Below, one piece after another: positions 31,304-32,362 of a DNA stretch of 32,362 nt. The stretch is from a virus. Where the stretch lies: the IMG/VR virus record IMGVR_UViG_3300035670_000851. The stretch is one strand, 5' to 3'. A program made the translations under genes and the position numbers. Position 1 is the first letter of the stretch. The number at the start of each line of letters is the position of its first letter. The notes beneath the pieces were generated by a model, which was not told the origin of the DNA, searched no databases, and saw only the letters and a list, made by a program, of their open reading frames with translations.

Positions 31304-32261
31304 GCCATATTTGGAAAGATTCCCAGATCATGGGGATCTGACCTTGGCTAAAAAAATCTATAAAGAAAATCCCTTAGTATTTAAAGATGTTGAAGGGGTT
31401 CGCAGTAGTATTCGAGCAATAAAAGGCAAGATTAGTAATTACGCTAACAAAAGTCTATATCAGCCAAAAACATTCAATAGCAATCCATATAAGTTACCAG
31501 AAAGCGAGGAGAAAGATAGAGTACCTTTTACTTTGCCGGTAGCTTGTAATAACATACTTTTAATCTCTGATCTGCACATTCCTTATCATTCGATTGATGC
31601 CATTACTGCGGCGTTGGATTATGGCAAAAAAGAGAACATAAACACGATCCTGATCAACGGGGATCTGATTGATTTCTACGGATGCAGTCGCTTTGAGAAG
31701 GATCCTCGCAAAAGATCAGTCAAGCATGAGTTTGATACTACTAAAGAATTTCTAAGGATCCTGAGAGCATCCTTTCCTAATGCAATAATCTATTTTAATA
31801 AAGGCAATCACGATGTAAGGTATGAGCATTTCTTAATGGCTAAAGCGCCTGAGATTTTTGATGATCCGTACTATTCGCTTGATGCAAGACTGGAACTCTC
31901 AAAGATTTCTATAAATCTGATTGATGACAAAACAATTATCAGGGCCGGAAAGTTAAGCATCCATCATGGACATTTATTTTTTCGTGGATTTGGTGCGCCA
32001 GTAAACGCAGCGAGAGGGTTGTTTTTAAAAGTTAAGCAAAGCGCAATCGTAGGACATACCCATCGCATAAGTGAACATTCTGAAACTACATTGTCTGGAG
32101 AATTAATCACTTGCTGGAGTACCGGGTGTTTAAGTGAATTATCTCCTGATTACAACCCAGTAAGCAACAATTATTCGCATGGGTTTGCACACATACAAAC
32201 TAAAACAGATGGCAATTATTCGGTTAAGAACTTTAGAATATTAAAGGGAAAAATACTTTGA
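31281..32261 (+). CDS. Calcineurin-like metallophosphoesterase
   Basis: All five metallophosphoesterase blocks occur in order: SDLHIPYH (DxH), NGDLIDF (GD), KGNHDVR (GNHD), HHGH, VGHTHR (GHxH). Confidence 0.8.
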   Translation: MQKQEIVRPYLERFPDHGDLTLAKKIYKENPLVFKDVEGVRSSIRAIKGKISNYANKSLYQPKTFNSNPYKLPESEEKDRVPFTLPVACNNILLISDLHIPYHSIDAITAALDYGKKENINTILINGDLIDFYGCSRFEKDPRKRSVKHEFDTTKEFLRILRASFPNAIIYFNKGNHDVRYEHFLMAKAPEIFDDPYYSLDARLELSKISINLIDDKTIIRAGKLSIHHGHLFFRGFGAPVNAARGLFLKVKQSAIVGHTHRISEHSETTLSGELITCWSTGCLSELSPDYNPVSNNYSHGFAHIQTKTDGNYSVKNFRILKGKIL

Positions 32262-32362
32262 CAGATGCTGAGCGCATCCAGCTATTAATGCAAGAGAAAC
32301 TCCGCCTGGAAGCTGAACTCGCAAAAATAGTCAAAGAGTTAAGGATGTTGGTTAGTAAAATA
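32236..32362. repeat. Terminal direct repeat, right copy
   Basis: Identical to bases 1-127. Confidence 0.95.

Noticed and set aside
30427-31331. Minus-strand ORFs 30427-30621 and 31122-31331.
   Set aside because: They are antisense to the translationally coupled lysis cassette, whose plus-strand ORFs have clear holin-like and endolysin features.
1-32362. Temperate lifestyle or prophage (integrase, attP, CI-type repressor) and any transposon or IS element.
   Set aside because: No ORF shows tyrosine or serine recombinase motifs. No tRNA-like att site or terminal inverted repeats were seen. The only repressor-like gene is the small RHH protein, so lysogeny cannot be supported from sequence.

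Overview
The window is a complete, self-closing tailed-phage genome. Bases 1-127 are identical to 32236-32362, giving 32235 unique bp. The virion is siphovirus-type with an HK97-fold capsid. The host is probably Bacteroidota: the sequence is AT-rich, there are no Shine-Dalgarno motifs before starts, and TTTG-N20-TAnnTTTG promoter-like boxes are present. Almost all genes are on the + strand in tightly overlapping strings. In order they are: (1) early small genes, 1211-2633; (2) a recombination and replication module, 2753-8911, with a Rad52-like annealase, YqaJ exonuclease, SSB-tailed protein, DnaA-domain-IV-like HTH, C5-cytosine methyltransferase, VRR-NUC and a VirE/D5-type primase-helicase; (3) an iteron-rich origin-like region, 8847-9135; (4) packaging and head genes, 9607-15282 (TerS, TerL, portal, MuF-like, prohead protease, HK97 major capsid protein); (5) a roughly 4.8-kb glycosyltransferase/methyltransferase cassette, 15361-20113; (6) neck and tail genes, 20159-30048 (adaptor, head closure, gp10-like, tail tube, chaperone with -1 frameshift, tape measure, baseplate proteins, 902-aa fibre); (7) a lysis cassette, 30267-31226, around an M15 peptidase; (8) a metallophosphoesterase, 31281-32261. 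One short leftward operon (1078 down to 173) is headed by a 51-aa ribbon-helix-helix protein that the ORF track missed, and it faces the rightward genes across a divergent promoter/operator region. No integrase, tRNA, CRISPR array or transposon is visible. The strongest candidate for a new system is the glycosylation cassette sitting between the major capsid gene and the head-tail adaptor gene. All functional calls rest on motifs read by eye plus synteny. No database search was run.
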